Assembly: GCF_044324785.1 (NCBI RefSeq)
Contig: NZ_CP172127.1
Reading direction: 5' to 3' (one strand)
From: Escherichia coli
GTDB taxonomy: Bacteria > Pseudomonadota > Gammaproteobacteria > Enterobacterales > Enterobacteriaceae
Length of the DNA: 64,000 nt
Below are positions 32,442 to 43,117 of the stretch, in pieces; within the stretch, counting starts at the first letter, position 1; every line of letters begins with the position of its first letter. A program made the translations under genes and the position numbers. The notes beneath the pieces are model-generated. The model was not told the origin of the DNA. It ran no database searches and was given only the letters and a program-made list of their open reading frames with translations.

Positions 32442-35077
32442 TGTTTTTCCTCACACTCTTTTCCTTGCGGACAGTCATTTCCCGGCAGACGCGCGTTCTG
32501 CTCCAACCATGCCTGGAGATTATCGCCAAAGCGTAAACTGCGCCACAGCGTAAAAATATTCTCTTCATGATGGTAATTAAGGTTTACCGTACCGCTTTTA
32601 CCATCAACGCGACTGGTGCCTGTAATGTTGGCCTGCATGGTTAATAAACCGAGATTATCTAAGTTAATTTTTGTCGATGAACGGCTAATTTCCATATAGC
32701 GCAACCAGTTAATTGCTGAACCCGCGGTCATATTGTCTTTCACTACCGCATCTGCGGTGTCTTTATCCAGCCGCAAGGTCATTGGCCCGCTATTTGCCAG
32801 CCAACCATCTTTCACTATCCATTTTTCGTTGTTTAGCCATAACGGCAATGCACCACTAAATGCCCCGGACATGGCGAATTGTTTCGGATTGACGGCGCTA
32901 ACCAGTTCGCTGGATGAGAGATTATTCAGCCGCAACAGCGCCGGGTCATGTTGCGGCATACGTAATTGTTTCATCAGCACGTTACCGCCTAACACATCGA
33001 CGCTAACATCAGTCAACAGCAATGGTTCTTCTTCTGTCCACGGATAGCGCCCTTGCAAATCAGCCGTAATATTTTTCGCTGTCACCAGATTAATCACTTC
33101 GGCAATTCGCAACGTAACGGGGCCGCGAGTCCCCAGATGCCAGGCTCCATCGGCAAAACGGAAAGGCAGGACAAAATCGACACCGTTAACCTGATTATCT
33201 GGCATCCAGGCACTACCGCCTTTCAACACACCGTGCCCTCCCGCGCGGAATCCTTGTTCAGGCGCAGCAGAAAATGCGACCTGGGCATATAGTTCGCCAT
33301 CGCGTAAGTTCATCTTCCAGTCGGGTGGCACCAGCGGCTGGAATACGGTCAGTGATTGTTTAGGCCACCAGGCGTTACCGCGCAGACGAATACCGTCCCA
33401 GCGACCACTTACCCGAACCGGGCCAATCTCACCAGCATGTAAATCGCCTTTAAAAAGGAAATACGTCGGATCGCGTCCATCGACGCTAAATTTTAAGGTT
33501 GATGGCGGTAACACACTGCCGCCAGTGAACAGCGTTTGCCCGGCGTCCAGTGACAGCGCGCCGCTAAAGGAGGGATGCTGTGCGTCACGTACCCAGACGA
33601 CGGGCTTGTCGAGAATTAGTCGCGGCTTTTCTACCGTCATCGTACCGTATTGTAACTGGTCGAAACCGGTGGAGAGATCGGTCAGCGTAATCGTGCTGTC
33701 ATGCCACTCACCCTTTCCTGCGACGTCCCAGGTGGCATTCATCGGTGTAAAACTGCCTTTTCCCCAGTAGCGCCACTGCCAGCGGCCAGCGTCAGGGAGA
33801 AAATCATTCGCCAGTCCATCCATATGCAGCACGAAATCGCCCAGTTCATTTTCATGCGCCTGCAAAATGGCCTGCAAACGTCCGTCAACACCACGTTGGG
33901 TGACTTTTACACCCGCTAAAGGCCAGCGGATTTCATCGATGTCCAGCGAATCGATGACTCTTCCCTTCGAACGTAATAACGCGCCTGGCTCAAAGGCCAG
34001 CGTTGGGTCAGTCAGACTTCCGCTTAGCTGCGCAGGTAAGCGGGCATATAAAATGAGATCCGCCTGTTTCGCTTCACCGGTCAGCTGCAAAGGCAGCTGG
34101 CTGTTATCCATGCTTAATTTTCCAGGGCCAAAATTAAGCACCGCGTTGCCTTTACCCGCTTGCCCCTGGGTCAGCACACTAAGTCGTCCGCTGACCAGAG
34201 CGTTCTCGAGCCCTGCCTGCCAGTTGTCGACTTTGACACCCAGTCGGCCACTCAAAGGAAAACCTGCATACGGCCAACTCCAGCGACCATCGCTTACGGT
34301 CAATTGTTGACGAGTAATTTGCCACGGCAAATCGAGCAACGGATCGCCGTTATCCCGTGCCAGCACAATCAATTGCCCGCTATTTTCCTGCCAGTCCAGC
34401 TCTGCATCCACCAGTGACGGTTCCTGCGGCAAGTTAAACGTCGCAGTAGTATGCCCACTGACAGGAAGTCCATCCGGCACGAGCGGCATAGTAAATTCCC
34501 CCGCCAGTTTAACCGGCGGCTGATTTTCAAACGCGACGACATCCAGTTCGCTGACTGTAAGTTGTTGCCCTTTCAGCTGGCCTTGAAATTTAACTTTTTC
34601 GCCCTGATAACGCAGTTGCTGGATATCAGAGGTTAATGCGAGAGAGAGTTTTCCCTGCCATTCCTGCCAGGGAGAAAAAATCAGTTTATCGATATTGATC
34701 CAGGTGTTAGGCAGCATGGACTGCCACTGCGCGAGGGTTTTTGGAGCGGCTGGCGATTGCTCCGTCTGCGGCAATTTCGCCAGACAAGCAGAATCAAGTT
34801 CTACCGTGCCGACGTTCAATAACCAGCGGCTGGGATGTGAAAGGCTGGCGTTGGTGATATGCGCAAGCTGACAATCTCCCACCAGATAACGGAGATCGGG
34901 AATGATTAAACCTTTACGCGTAATGCGTGGGCTTTCATCTAATGCAATACGTGTCCCGAGCGGTAGCCAGATGCCCGCCAGCGTGGGAACCCACAAGCCG
35001 AGCGTCATCAGCAGCGTCAACGGCACAAGAATAATCAGTAATAACAGCGCGAGAACGGCTTTATATTTACCCAGCAT
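32438..35077 (-). CDS. ydbH: AsmA-like (TamB/YhdP-related) envelope protein YdbH
   Basis: 879-aa ORF with N-terminal TM anchor and long periplasmic region; synteny next to ldhA. Confidence 0.85.
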   Translation of the reverse strand: MLGKYKAVLALLLLIILVPLTLLMTLGLWVPTLAGIWLPLGTRIALDESPRITRKGLIIPDLRYLVGDCQLAHITNASLSHPSRWLLNVGTVELDSACLAKLPQTEQSPAAPKTLAQWQSMLPNTWINIDKLIFSPWQEWQGKLSLALTSDIQQLRYQGEKVKFQGQLKGQQLTVSELDVVAFENQPPVKLAGEFTMPLVPDGLPVSGHTTATFNLPQEPSLVDAELDWQENSGQLIVLARDNGDPLLDLPWQITRQQLTVSDGRWSWPYAGFPLSGRLGVKVDNWQAGLENALVSGRLSVLTQGQAGKGNAVLNFGPGKLSMDNSQLPLQLTGEAKQADLILYARLPAQLSGSLTDPTLAFEPGALLRSKGRVIDSLDIDEIRWPLAGVKVTQRGVDGRLQAILQAHENELGDFVLHMDGLANDFLPDAGRWQWRYWGKGSFTPMNATWDVAGKGEWHDSTITLTDLSTGFDQLQYGTMTVEKPRLILDKPVVWVRDAQHPSFSGALSLDAGQTLFTGGSVLPPSTLKFSVDGRDPTYFLFKGDLHAGEIGPVRVSGRWDGIRLRGNAWWPKQSLTVFQPLVPPDWKMNLRDGELYAQVAFSAAPEQGFRAGGHGVLKGGSAWMPDNQVNGVDFVLPFRFADGAWHLGTRGPVTLRIAEVINLVTAKNITADLQGRYPWTEEEPLLLTDVSVDVLGGNVLMKQLRMPQHDPALLRLNNLSSSELVSAVNPKQFAMSGAFSGALPLWLNNEKWIVKDGWLANSGPMTLRLDKDTADAVVKDNMTAGSAINWLRYMEISRSSTKINLDNLGLLTMQANITGTSRVDGKSGTVNLNYHHEENIFTLWRSLRFGDNLQAWLEQNARLPGNDCPQGKECEEKQ

Positions 35078-35284
35078 GGGTAGTTAATATCCTGATTTAG
35101 CGAAAAATTAAGCATTCAATACGGGTATTGTGGCATGTTTAACCGTTCAGTTGAAGGTTGCGCCTACACTAAGCATAGTTGTTGATGAATTTTTCAATAT
35201 CGCCATGGCTTTCAATTATATTTGAAATTTTGTAAAATATTTTTAGTAGCTTAAATGTGATTCAACATCACTGGAGAAAGTCTT

Positions 35285-36274
35285 ATGAAACTCGCCGTTT
35301 ATAGCACAAAACAGTACGACAAGAAGTACCTGCAACAGGTGAACGAGTCCTTTGGCTTTGAGCTGGAATTTTTTGACTTTCTGCTGACGGAAAAAACCGC
35401 TAAAACGGCCAATGGCTGCGAAGCGGTATGTATTTTCGTAAACGATGACGGCAGCCGCCCGGTGCTGGAAGAGCTGAAAAAGCACGGCGTTAAATATATC
35501 GCCCTGCGCTGTGCCGGTTTCAATAACGTCGACCTTGACGCGGCAAAAGAACTGGGGCTGAAAGTAGTCCGTGTTCCAGCCTATGATCCAGAAGCCGTTG
35601 CTGAACACGCCATCGGTATGATGATGACGCTGAACCGCCGTATTCATCGCGCGTATCAGCGTACTCGTGACGCCAACTTCTCTCTGGAAGGTCTGACCGG
35701 CTTTACTATGTATGGCAAAACGGCAGGCGTTATCGGTACCGGTAAAATCGGTGTGGCGATGCTGCGCATTCTGAAAGGTTTTGGTATGCGTCTGCTGGCG
35801 TTCGATCCGTATCCAAGTGCGGCGGCACTGGAACTCGGTGTGGAGTATGTCGATCTGCCAACCCTGTTCTCTGAATCAGACGTTATCTCTCTGCACTGCC
35901 CGCTGACACCGGAAAACTACCATCTGTTGAACGAAGCCGCCTTTGATCAGATGAAAAATGGCGTGATGATCGTCAATACCAGTCGCGGTGCATTGATTGA
36001 TTCTCAGGCGGCAATTGAAGCGCTGAAAAATCAGAAAATTGGTTCGTTGGGTATGGACGTGTATGAGAACGAACGCGATCTGTTCTTTGAAGACAAATCC
36101 AACGACGTGATCCAGGATGACGTATTCCGTCGTCTGTCTGCCTGCCACAACGTGCTGTTTACCGGGCACCAGGCATTCCTGACAGCAGAAGCACTGACCA
36201 GTATTTCTCAGACTACGCTGCAAAACTTAAGCAATCTGGAAAAAGGCGAAACCAGCCCGAACGAACTGGTTTAA
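35285..36274 (+). CDS. ldhA: fermentative D-lactate dehydrogenase
   Basis: 329-aa 2-hydroxyacid dehydrogenase, GxGxxG (GVIGTGKIG); begins MKLAVYSTKQYDKKYLQQVNE. Confidence 0.95.
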   Translation: MKLAVYSTKQYDKKYLQQVNESFGFELEFFDFLLTEKTAKTANGCEAVCIFVNDDGSRPVLEELKKHGVKYIALRCAGFNNVDLDAAKELGLKVVRVPAYDPEAVAEHAIGMMMTLNRRIHRAYQRTRDANFSLEGLTGFTMYGKTAGVIGTGKIGVAMLRILKGFGMRLLAFDPYPSAAALELGVEYVDLPTLFSESDVISLHCPLTPENYHLLNEAAFDQMKNGVMIVNTSRGALIDSQAAIEALKNQKIGSLGMDVYENERDLFFEDKSNDVIQDDVFRRLSACHNVLFTGHQAFLTAEALTSISQTTLQNLSNLEKGETSPNELV

Positions 36275-36281
36275 TCTTGCC

Positions 36282-36310
36282 GCTCCCCTGCATTCCAGGG
36301 GAGCTTATTC
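36282..36310 (+). terminator. rho-independent terminator of ldhA
   Basis: GCTCCCCTG-CATTCC-AGGGGAGC hairpin followed by TTATTC. Confidence 0.6.
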
Positions 36311-36384
36311 AGATAATCCCCAAAGACCTTTCATCCTCTATTCTTAAAATAGTCCTGAGTCAGAAACTGTAATTGAGAACCACA

Positions 36385-36807
36385 ATGAAGAAAGTAGCCG
36401 CGCTCGTTGCGCTAAGCCTGCTGATGGCGGGATGTGTAAGTAATGACAAAATTGCTGTAACCCCAGAACAGCTACAGCATCATCGCTTTGTGCTGGAAAG
36501 CGTAAACGGTAAGCCCGTGACCAGCGATAAAAATCCGCCAGAAATCAGCTTTGGTGAAAAGATGATGATTTCCGGCAGCATGTGTAACCGCTTTAGCGGT
36601 GAAGGCAAACTGTCTAATGGTGAACTGACAGCCAAAGGGCTGGCAATGACCCGTATGATGTGCGCTAACCCGCAGCTTAATGAACTCGATAACACCATTA
36701 GCGAAATGCTGAAAGAAGGTGCACAAGTGGATCTGACCGCGAACCAGTTAACGCTGGCGACCGCGAAACAGACATTAACTTATAAGCTGGCGGATTTAAT
36801 GAATTAA
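36385..36807 (+). CDS. hslJ: heat-shock lipoprotein HslJ
   Basis: 140 aa from MKKVAALVALSLLMAGC (lipobox); synteny. Confidence 0.85.
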   Translation: MKKVAALVALSLLMAGCVSNDKIAVTPEQLQHHRFVLESVNGKPVTSDKNPPEISFGEKMMISGSMCNRFSGEGKLSNGELTAKGLAMTRMMCANPQLNELDNTISEMLKEGAQVDLTANQLTLATAKQTLTYKLADLMN

Positions 36808-37070
36808 TAGCTGCCACAGCTCCCGGCGGCAAGTGACTGTTCGCTACAGCGTTTGCCGTTGGGTAATGCACACATCCCAATCGCCGTACCATCCAGTTGA
36901 CGGGCAACAGAAAGCGAACCGCCGATCATTGCACAATTTGCTTCTCCACTACTGGACATCGACGCTTTTAAACCTGGCGCTACGTGCGCCGCAGTCGCCT
37001 GTTGAACAGGTTCACTACTACACGCCGACAACAATAAAGCGGCACACCCTACCCAAAACGCTGCTCGCAT
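36804..37070 (-). CDS. ydbJ: DUF333 lipoprotein YdbJ
   Basis: 88-aa ORF with lipobox (LLSAC); stop codon overlaps hslJ stop by 3 nt (convergent). Confidence 0.75.
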   Translation of the reverse strand: MRAAFWVGCAALLLSACSSEPVQQATAAHVAPGLKASMSSSGEANCAMIGGSLSVARQLDGTAIGMCALPNGKRCSEQSLAAGSCGSY

Positions 37071-37343
37071 CTTTTCTTCCTCTGATCTTCAAGCCAAACG
37101 ACACCGCCATAAATAATAGGCAGCACAGAGGGCGACGTCGAGAGCTGTCCTGCGCGTTGCCCCGCATTTTTACTTTTTTATGGCTATTTTTTTGCCCTCT
37201 GTTTGATCAAAACATTCATTACGCTGATGTGGGGGACACAAAAGCGAAAATGCAGAAGAAAGCCATTTGCTAAAATTGAAAGATAACTACTGGGCGCGCA
37301 GCAATTTCGTGCGCCCCTCATTTGCGCAATGTAAGGGTGTCAT

Positions 37344-40300
37344 ATGATTACTATTGACGGTAATGGCGCGGTTGCTTCGGTGGCGTTTCGCACCAGTGAA
37401 GTTATCGCCATCTACCCTATTACCCCCAGTTCCACGATGGCAGAACAGGCTGATGCATGGGCCGGAAACGGCTTGAAAAACGTCTGGGGAGACACACCAC
37501 GCGTGGTTGAAATGCAGTCGGAAGCAGGTGCTATCGCTACCGTGCATGGCGCTTTGCAGACGGGTGCCCTTTCAACATCGTTTACGTCATCGCAGGGTTT
37601 GCTGCTGATGATCCCGACGCTGTACAAACTGGCAGGCGAACTCACACCGTTTGTCCTACATGTAGCGGCACGTACCGTTGCCACACATGCACTCTCTATT
37701 TTTGGCGATCATTCCGACGTCATGGCGGTGCGCCAGACGGGTTGCGCGATGTTGTGTGCGGCAAACGTCCAGGAAGCGCAAGACTTTGCTCTCATTTCGC
37801 ACATCGCGACGCTGAAAAGCCGCGTGCCATTTATTCATTTCTTTGATGGTTTCCGCACGTCCCACGAAATCAATAAAATTGTCCCGCTGGCCGATGACAC
37901 GATTCTTGATCTCATGCCGCAGGCCGAAATTGATGCTCATCGCGCCCGGGCACTCAACCCGGAACATCCGGTGATCCGCGGTACGTCCGCCAATCCTGAC
38001 ACTTATTTCCAGTCTCGCGAAGCCACCAACCCCTGGTACAACGCGGTCTATGACCATGTTGAGCAGGCGATGAATGATTTCGCTGCCGCGACAGGTCGTC
38101 AGTATCAGCCGTTTGAGTATTACGGGCATCCGCAAGCTGAACGAGTGATTATCCTGATGGGCTCAGCCATTGGCACCTGTGAAGAAGTGGTTGATGAATT
38201 GCTAACCCGTGGCGAAAAAGTCGGCGTGCTGAAAATTCGCCTGTACCGCCCCTTCTCAGCCAAACACTTGCTACAAGCTCTGCCGGGATCCGTACGCAGC
38301 GTGGCGGTACTGGACAGAACCAAAGAACCCGGTGCCCAGGCAGAACCGCTCTATCTGGATGTGATGACCGCACTGGCAGAAGCCTTTAATAATGGCGAGC
38401 GCGAAACCCTGCCCCGTGTCATTGGTGGGCGCTATGGTCTTTCATCCAAAGAATTTGGCCCGGACTGTGTACTGGCGGTATTTGCCGAGCTCAACGCGGC
38501 TAAACCGAAAGCGCGCTTTACGGTTGGTATTTACGATGATGTGACCAATCTGTCACTGCCGTTGCCGGAAAACACCCTGCCAAACTCGGCGAAACTTGAA
38601 GCCTTGTTTTATGGCCTTGGTAGTGATGGCAGCGTTTCCGCGACCAAAAACAATATCAAGATTATCGGTAATTCCACGCCGTGGTACGCACAGGGCTATT
38701 TTGTTTACGACTCCAAAAAGGCGGGCGGCCTGACGGTTTCTCACCTTCGCGTGAGCGAGCAGCCGATTCGTTCCGCTTATCTCATTTCCCAGGCTGATTT
38801 TGTTGGCTGCCACCAGTTGCAGTTTATCGATAAATATCAGATGGTTGAACGTTTAAAACCTAGCGGCATTTTCCTGCTCAACACGCCGTACAGCGCAGAT
38901 GAAGTGTGGTCGCGCTTGCCGCAGGAAGTTCAGGCCGTGTTAAACCAGAAAAAAGCGCGCTTCTATGTGATTAACGCGGCGAAAATCGCCCGCGAATGTG
39001 GCCTGGCGGCCCGTATTAATACCGTCATGCAGATGGCTTTTTTCCATCTGACGCAAATTCTGCCTGGCGATAGCGCCCTCGCAGAATTGCAGGGTGCGAT
39101 TGCCAAAAGTTACAGTAGCAAAGGTCAGGATCTGGTGGAGCGCAACTGGCAGGCTCTGGCGCTGGCGCGTGAATCCGTAGAAGAAGTTCCGTTGCAGCCG
39201 GTTAATCCGCACAGCGCCAATCGACCGCCTGTGGTTTCCGATGCCGCTCCTGATTTCGTGAAAACCGTTACCGCGGCGATGCTCGCCGGGCTTGGTGATG
39301 CCCTCCCCGTTTCGGCGCTGCCGCCAGACGGCACCTGGCCGATGGGCACCACGCGCTGGGAAAAACGCAATATCGCCGAAGAGATCCCCATCTGGAAAGA
39401 GGAACTCTGTACCCAATGTAACCACTGCGTCGCCGCTTGCCCACACTCAGCTATTCGCGCAAAAGTGGTACCGCCTGAAGCGATGGAAAACGCCCCTGCC
39501 AGCCTGCATTCGCTGGATGTGAAATCGCGTGATATGCGCGGGCAGAAATATGTCTTGCAGGTGGCACCGGAAGATTGCACCGGCTGTAACCTGTGCGTCG
39601 AAGTTTGCCCGGCGAAAGACCGTCAGAATCCAGAGATTAAAGCCATCAATATGATGTCGCGCCTGGAACATGTCGAAGAAGAGAAAATCAATTACGATTT
39701 CTTCCTCAACCTGCCAGAAATCGACCGTAGCAAACTGGAACGTATTGATATTCGTACATCGCAGCTGATTACACCGCTGTTTGAATATTCAGGTGCTTGC
39801 TCCGGTTGTGGCGAGACGCCGTATATTAAATTGCTGACTCAGCTCTATGGCGACCGGATGTTGATCGCTAACGCCACGGGCTGTTCTTCAATTTATGGCG
39901 GTAACCTGCCCTCTACACCGTATACTACCGATGCCAACGGTCGAGGACCGGCATGGGCGAACTCGCTGTTTGAAGATAACGCCGAATTTGGCCTTGGTTT
40001 CCGCCTGACGGTCGATCAACACCGTGTCCGCGTGCTGCGTCTGCTGGATCAATTTGCCGATAAAATCCCGGCTGAATTACTAACTGCGTTGAAATCAGAC
40101 GCCACGCCAGAGGTTCGTCGTGAACAGGTTGCAGCTTTACGCCAGCAACTCAAAGATGTTGCCGAAGCACATGAACTGCTACGTGACGCAGATGCGCTGG
40201 TGGAAAAATCAATCTGGCTGATTGGCGGCGACGGCTGGGCTTACGATATCGGCTTTGGCGGTTTGGATCATGTATTGAGTTTGACAGAAAACGTCAACAT

Positions 40301-40868
40301 TCTGGTGCTGGATACGCAATGCTATTCCAACACCGGTGGTCAGGCGTCGAAAGCGACACCGCTGGGTGCAGTAACTAAGTTCGGCGAGCACGGCAAACGT
40401 AAAGCGCGTAAAGATCTTGGCGTCAGTATGATGATGTACGGTCATGTTTATGTGGCGCAGATTTCTCTCGGCGCGCAGCTCAACCAGACGGTGAAAGCGA
40501 TTCAGGAAGCGGAAGCGTATCCGGGGCCATCGCTGATCATCGCTTATAGCCCCTGTGAAGAGCATGGTTACGATCTGGCACTCAGTCACGACCAGATGCG
40601 CCAACTCACTGCTACCGGCTTCTGGCCGCTATATCGCTTTGATCCGCGTCGTGCCGATGAAGGCAAACTGCCGCTGGCGCTGGATTCACGCCCGCCGTCA
40701 GAAGCACTGGAAGAAACGTTACTTCATGAGCAGCGTTTCCGTCGTCTGAATTCGCTGCAGCCAGAAGTGGCAGAACAGTTATGGAAAGATGCTGCAGCTG
40801 ATTTGCAAAAACGCTATGACTTCCTGGCACAAATGGCCGGAAAAGCGGAAAAAAGCAACACCGATTAA
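37344..40868 (+). CDS. ydbK: pyruvate:flavodoxin/ferredoxin oxidoreductase (PFOR)
   Basis: 1174-aa ORF with two 4Fe-4S ferredoxin motifs (CTQCNHCVAACP, CTGCNLCVEVCP) and TPP-binding region (GGDGWAYDIGFGG). Confidence 0.95.
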   Translation: MITIDGNGAVASVAFRTSEVIAIYPITPSSTMAEQADAWAGNGLKNVWGDTPRVVEMQSEAGAIATVHGALQTGALSTSFTSSQGLLLMIPTLYKLAGELTPFVLHVAARTVATHALSIFGDHSDVMAVRQTGCAMLCAANVQEAQDFALISHIATLKSRVPFIHFFDGFRTSHEINKIVPLADDTILDLMPQAEIDAHRARALNPEHPVIRGTSANPDTYFQSREATNPWYNAVYDHVEQAMNDFAAATGRQYQPFEYYGHPQAERVIILMGSAIGTCEEVVDELLTRGEKVGVLKIRLYRPFSAKHLLQALPGSVRSVAVLDRTKEPGAQAEPLYLDVMTALAEAFNNGERETLPRVIGGRYGLSSKEFGPDCVLAVFAELNAAKPKARFTVGIYDDVTNLSLPLPENTLPNSAKLEALFYGLGSDGSVSATKNNIKIIGNSTPWYAQGYFVYDSKKAGGLTVSHLRVSEQPIRSAYLISQADFVGCHQLQFIDKYQMVERLKPSGIFLLNTPYSADEVWSRLPQEVQAVLNQKKARFYVINAAKIARECGLAARINTVMQMAFFHLTQILPGDSALAELQGAIAKSYSSKGQDLVERNWQALALARESVEEVPLQPVNPHSANRPPVVSDAAPDFVKTVTAAMLAGLGDALPVSALPPDGTWPMGTTRWEKRNIAEEIPIWKEELCTQCNHCVAACPHSAIRAKVVPPEAMENAPASLHSLDVKSRDMRGQKYVLQVAPEDCTGCNLCVEVCPAKDRQNPEIKAINMMSRLEHVEEEKINYDFFLNLPEIDRSKLERIDIRTSQLITPLFEYSGACSGCGETPYIKLLTQLYGDRMLIANATGCSSIYGGNLPSTPYTTDANGRGPAWANSLFEDNAEFGLGFRLTVDQHRVRVLRLLDQFADKIPAELLTALKSDATPEVRREQVAALRQQLKDVAEAHELLRDADALVEKSIWLIGGDGWAYDIGFGGLDHVLSLTENVNILVLDTQCYSNTGGQASKATPLGAVTKFGEHGKRKARKDLGVSMMMYGHVYVAQISLGAQLNQTVKAIQEAEAYPGPSLIIAYSPCEEHGYDLALSHDQMRQLTATGFWPLYRFDPRRADEGKLPLALDSRPPSEALEETLLHEQRFRRLNSLQPEVAEQLWKDAAADLQKRYDFLAQMAGKAEKSNTD

Positions 40869-40896
40869 ATGTTCTGGATAAGAATTATCCAATTCT

Positions 40897-41006
40897 AAAA
40901 AAAAGCCCGAACGACTGTTCGGGCTTGTCTTTTTATATGTTGGAAAATCAGTGGCAATGCAATGGCCCAACAGAAAATAAAATCTGTGACAATAAAGGCA
41001 TATAAC
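40897..41006 (-). ncRNA. micC: small RNA MicC (repressor of ompC/ompD mRNAs)
   Basis: Minus strand reads GTTATATGCCTTTATTGTCACAGATTTTATTTTCTGTTGGGCCATTGCATTGCCACTGATTTTCC...AAGCCCGAACAGTCGTTCGGGCTTTTTTTT, matching MicC; ydbK/ompN spacer; its hairpin doubles as ydbK terminator. Confidence 0.85.
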
Positions 41007-41233
41007 CCGCGCAGAATAACGTATAGCAAATTAAAAGTATAATTTTTATTTTGTATGTATTATCTCCAATACATTCACCAGACTTATTATCATTTCAGAA
41101 GAATTATTTGATTAAGGTTTTACTTAAGGCGTAACAAATAATATTTATCGGCTAACTGAACTTCTCCTTTAGGATGTTTTCACTCCCCGAAATGGGGATA
41201 AAAGGCAAATAAAATAACTAAAGGATTTATTCA

Positions 41234-42367
41234 ATGAAAAGCAAAGTACTGGCACTTTTAATTCCTGCCCTGCTCGCCGCAGGTGCTGCACATGCAGCCG
41301 AAGTTTATAATAAAGACGGCAACAAATTAGATCTGTATGGCAAAGTTGATGGCCTGCATTATTTTTCTGATAATTCAGCGAAAGATGGCGACCAGAGCTA
41401 TGCGCGTCTGGGTTTTAAAGGCGAAACCCAAATTAACGATCAACTAACTGGCTACGGTCAATGGGAATACAATATTCAGGCAAACAACACTGAATCCTCA
41501 AAAAACCAGTCATGGACCCGTCTGGCATTTGCCGGATTGAAATTTGCAGATTACGGTTCTTTCGATTACGGACGTAATTATGGCGTAATGTACGACATCG
41601 AAGGCTGGACCGATATGCTGCCTGAATTTGGCGGTGACTCTTATACCAATGCAGACAACTTTATGACTGGTCGAGCCAATGGCGTCGCGACTTATCGTAA
41701 TACTGATTTCTTCGGTCTGGTAAATGGTCTGAACTTCGCGGTGCAGTATCAAGGTAACAACGAAGGTGCCAGTAATGGTCAGGAAGGCACCAACAACGGA
41801 CGTGATGTTCGCCATGAAAACGGTGACGGCTGGGGTCTTTCCACAACATATGATTTAGGCATGGGCTTTAGCGCTGGTGCGGCATACACCTCTTCTGACC
41901 GCACCAATGACCAGGTTAACCATACTGCGGCGGGTGGTGATAAAGCAGACGCATGGACTGCTGGGCTAAAATACGATGCTAACAATATTTACCTGGCAAC
42001 CATGTATTCAGAAACGCGTAATATGACCCCGTTTGGCGACAGCGATTATGCTGTTGCAAACAAAACCCAGAACTTTGAAGTTACTGCACAGTACCAGTTT
42101 GATTTTGGTCTGCGTCCGGCAGTCTCTTTCCTGATGTCTAAAGGCCGTGACCTGCACGCTGCCGGTGGTGCAGACAACCCGGCAGGTGTTGATGATAAAG
42201 ATCTGGTTAAATACGCCGATGTTGGCGCGACTTACTATTTCAACAAAAATATGTCCACCTACGTTGACTATAAAATCAACCTGTTGGATGAAGATGACAG
42301 CTTCTACGCTGCCAACGGCATCTCTACCGATGATATTGTCGCTTTAGGTCTGGTTTATCAGTTCTAA
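41234..42367 (+). CDS. ompN: outer-membrane porin OmpN
   Basis: 377-aa general porin with signal peptide and C-terminal YQF; divergent from micC. Confidence 0.9.
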   Translation: MKSKVLALLIPALLAAGAAHAAEVYNKDGNKLDLYGKVDGLHYFSDNSAKDGDQSYARLGFKGETQINDQLTGYGQWEYNIQANNTESSKNQSWTRLAFAGLKFADYGSFDYGRNYGVMYDIEGWTDMLPEFGGDSYTNADNFMTGRANGVATYRNTDFFGLVNGLNFAVQYQGNNEGASNGQEGTNNGRDVRHENGDGWGLSTTYDLGMGFSAGAAYTSSDRTNDQVNHTAAGGDKADAWTAGLKYDANNIYLATMYSETRNMTPFGDSDYAVANKTQNFEVTAQYQFDFGLRPAVSFLMSKGRDLHAAGGADNPAGVDDKDLVKYADVGATYYFNKNMSTYVDYKINLLDEDDSFYAANGISTDDIVALGLVYQF

Positions 42368-42376
42368 ATCCTCCTG

Positions 42377-42401
42377 CCCGCTGTTATGGCGGGCTTTTTC
42401 T
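42377..42401 (+). terminator. rho-independent terminator of ompN
   Basis: GCCCGCTGTTATGGCGGGC hairpin plus TTTTT. Confidence 0.8.
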
Positions 42402-42426
42402 GCTTATTCTTCCTCCTTTGATCTAA

Positions 42427-42942
<516 letters not shown>

Positions 42943-42960
42943 CACTAACGCCCGCACATT

Positions 42961-42985
42961 GCTGCGGGCTTTTTGATTCATTTCG
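42961..42985 (+). terminator. rho-independent terminator of uspF
   Basis: CCCGCA-CATTGC-TGCGGG hairpin plus CTTTTT. Confidence 0.75.
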
Positions 42986-43117
42986 CAAATGTGCTGACAT
43001 TTTCCCCTCTAATCCGTACCATACACGCCACTGTTTTTATATCAGATTTCTTATGCTGGGCATTCCGGCATGACGCATACTCTTCTGATGCCATATAACG
43101 AATTGAGTCGCTTTTAA

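Noticed and set aside
37412-40830. Multiple 60-170 aa minus-strand ORFs (for example 37656-38135, 38940-39446, 39125-39580)
   Set aside because: All are embedded antisense within the 1174-codon ydbK gene
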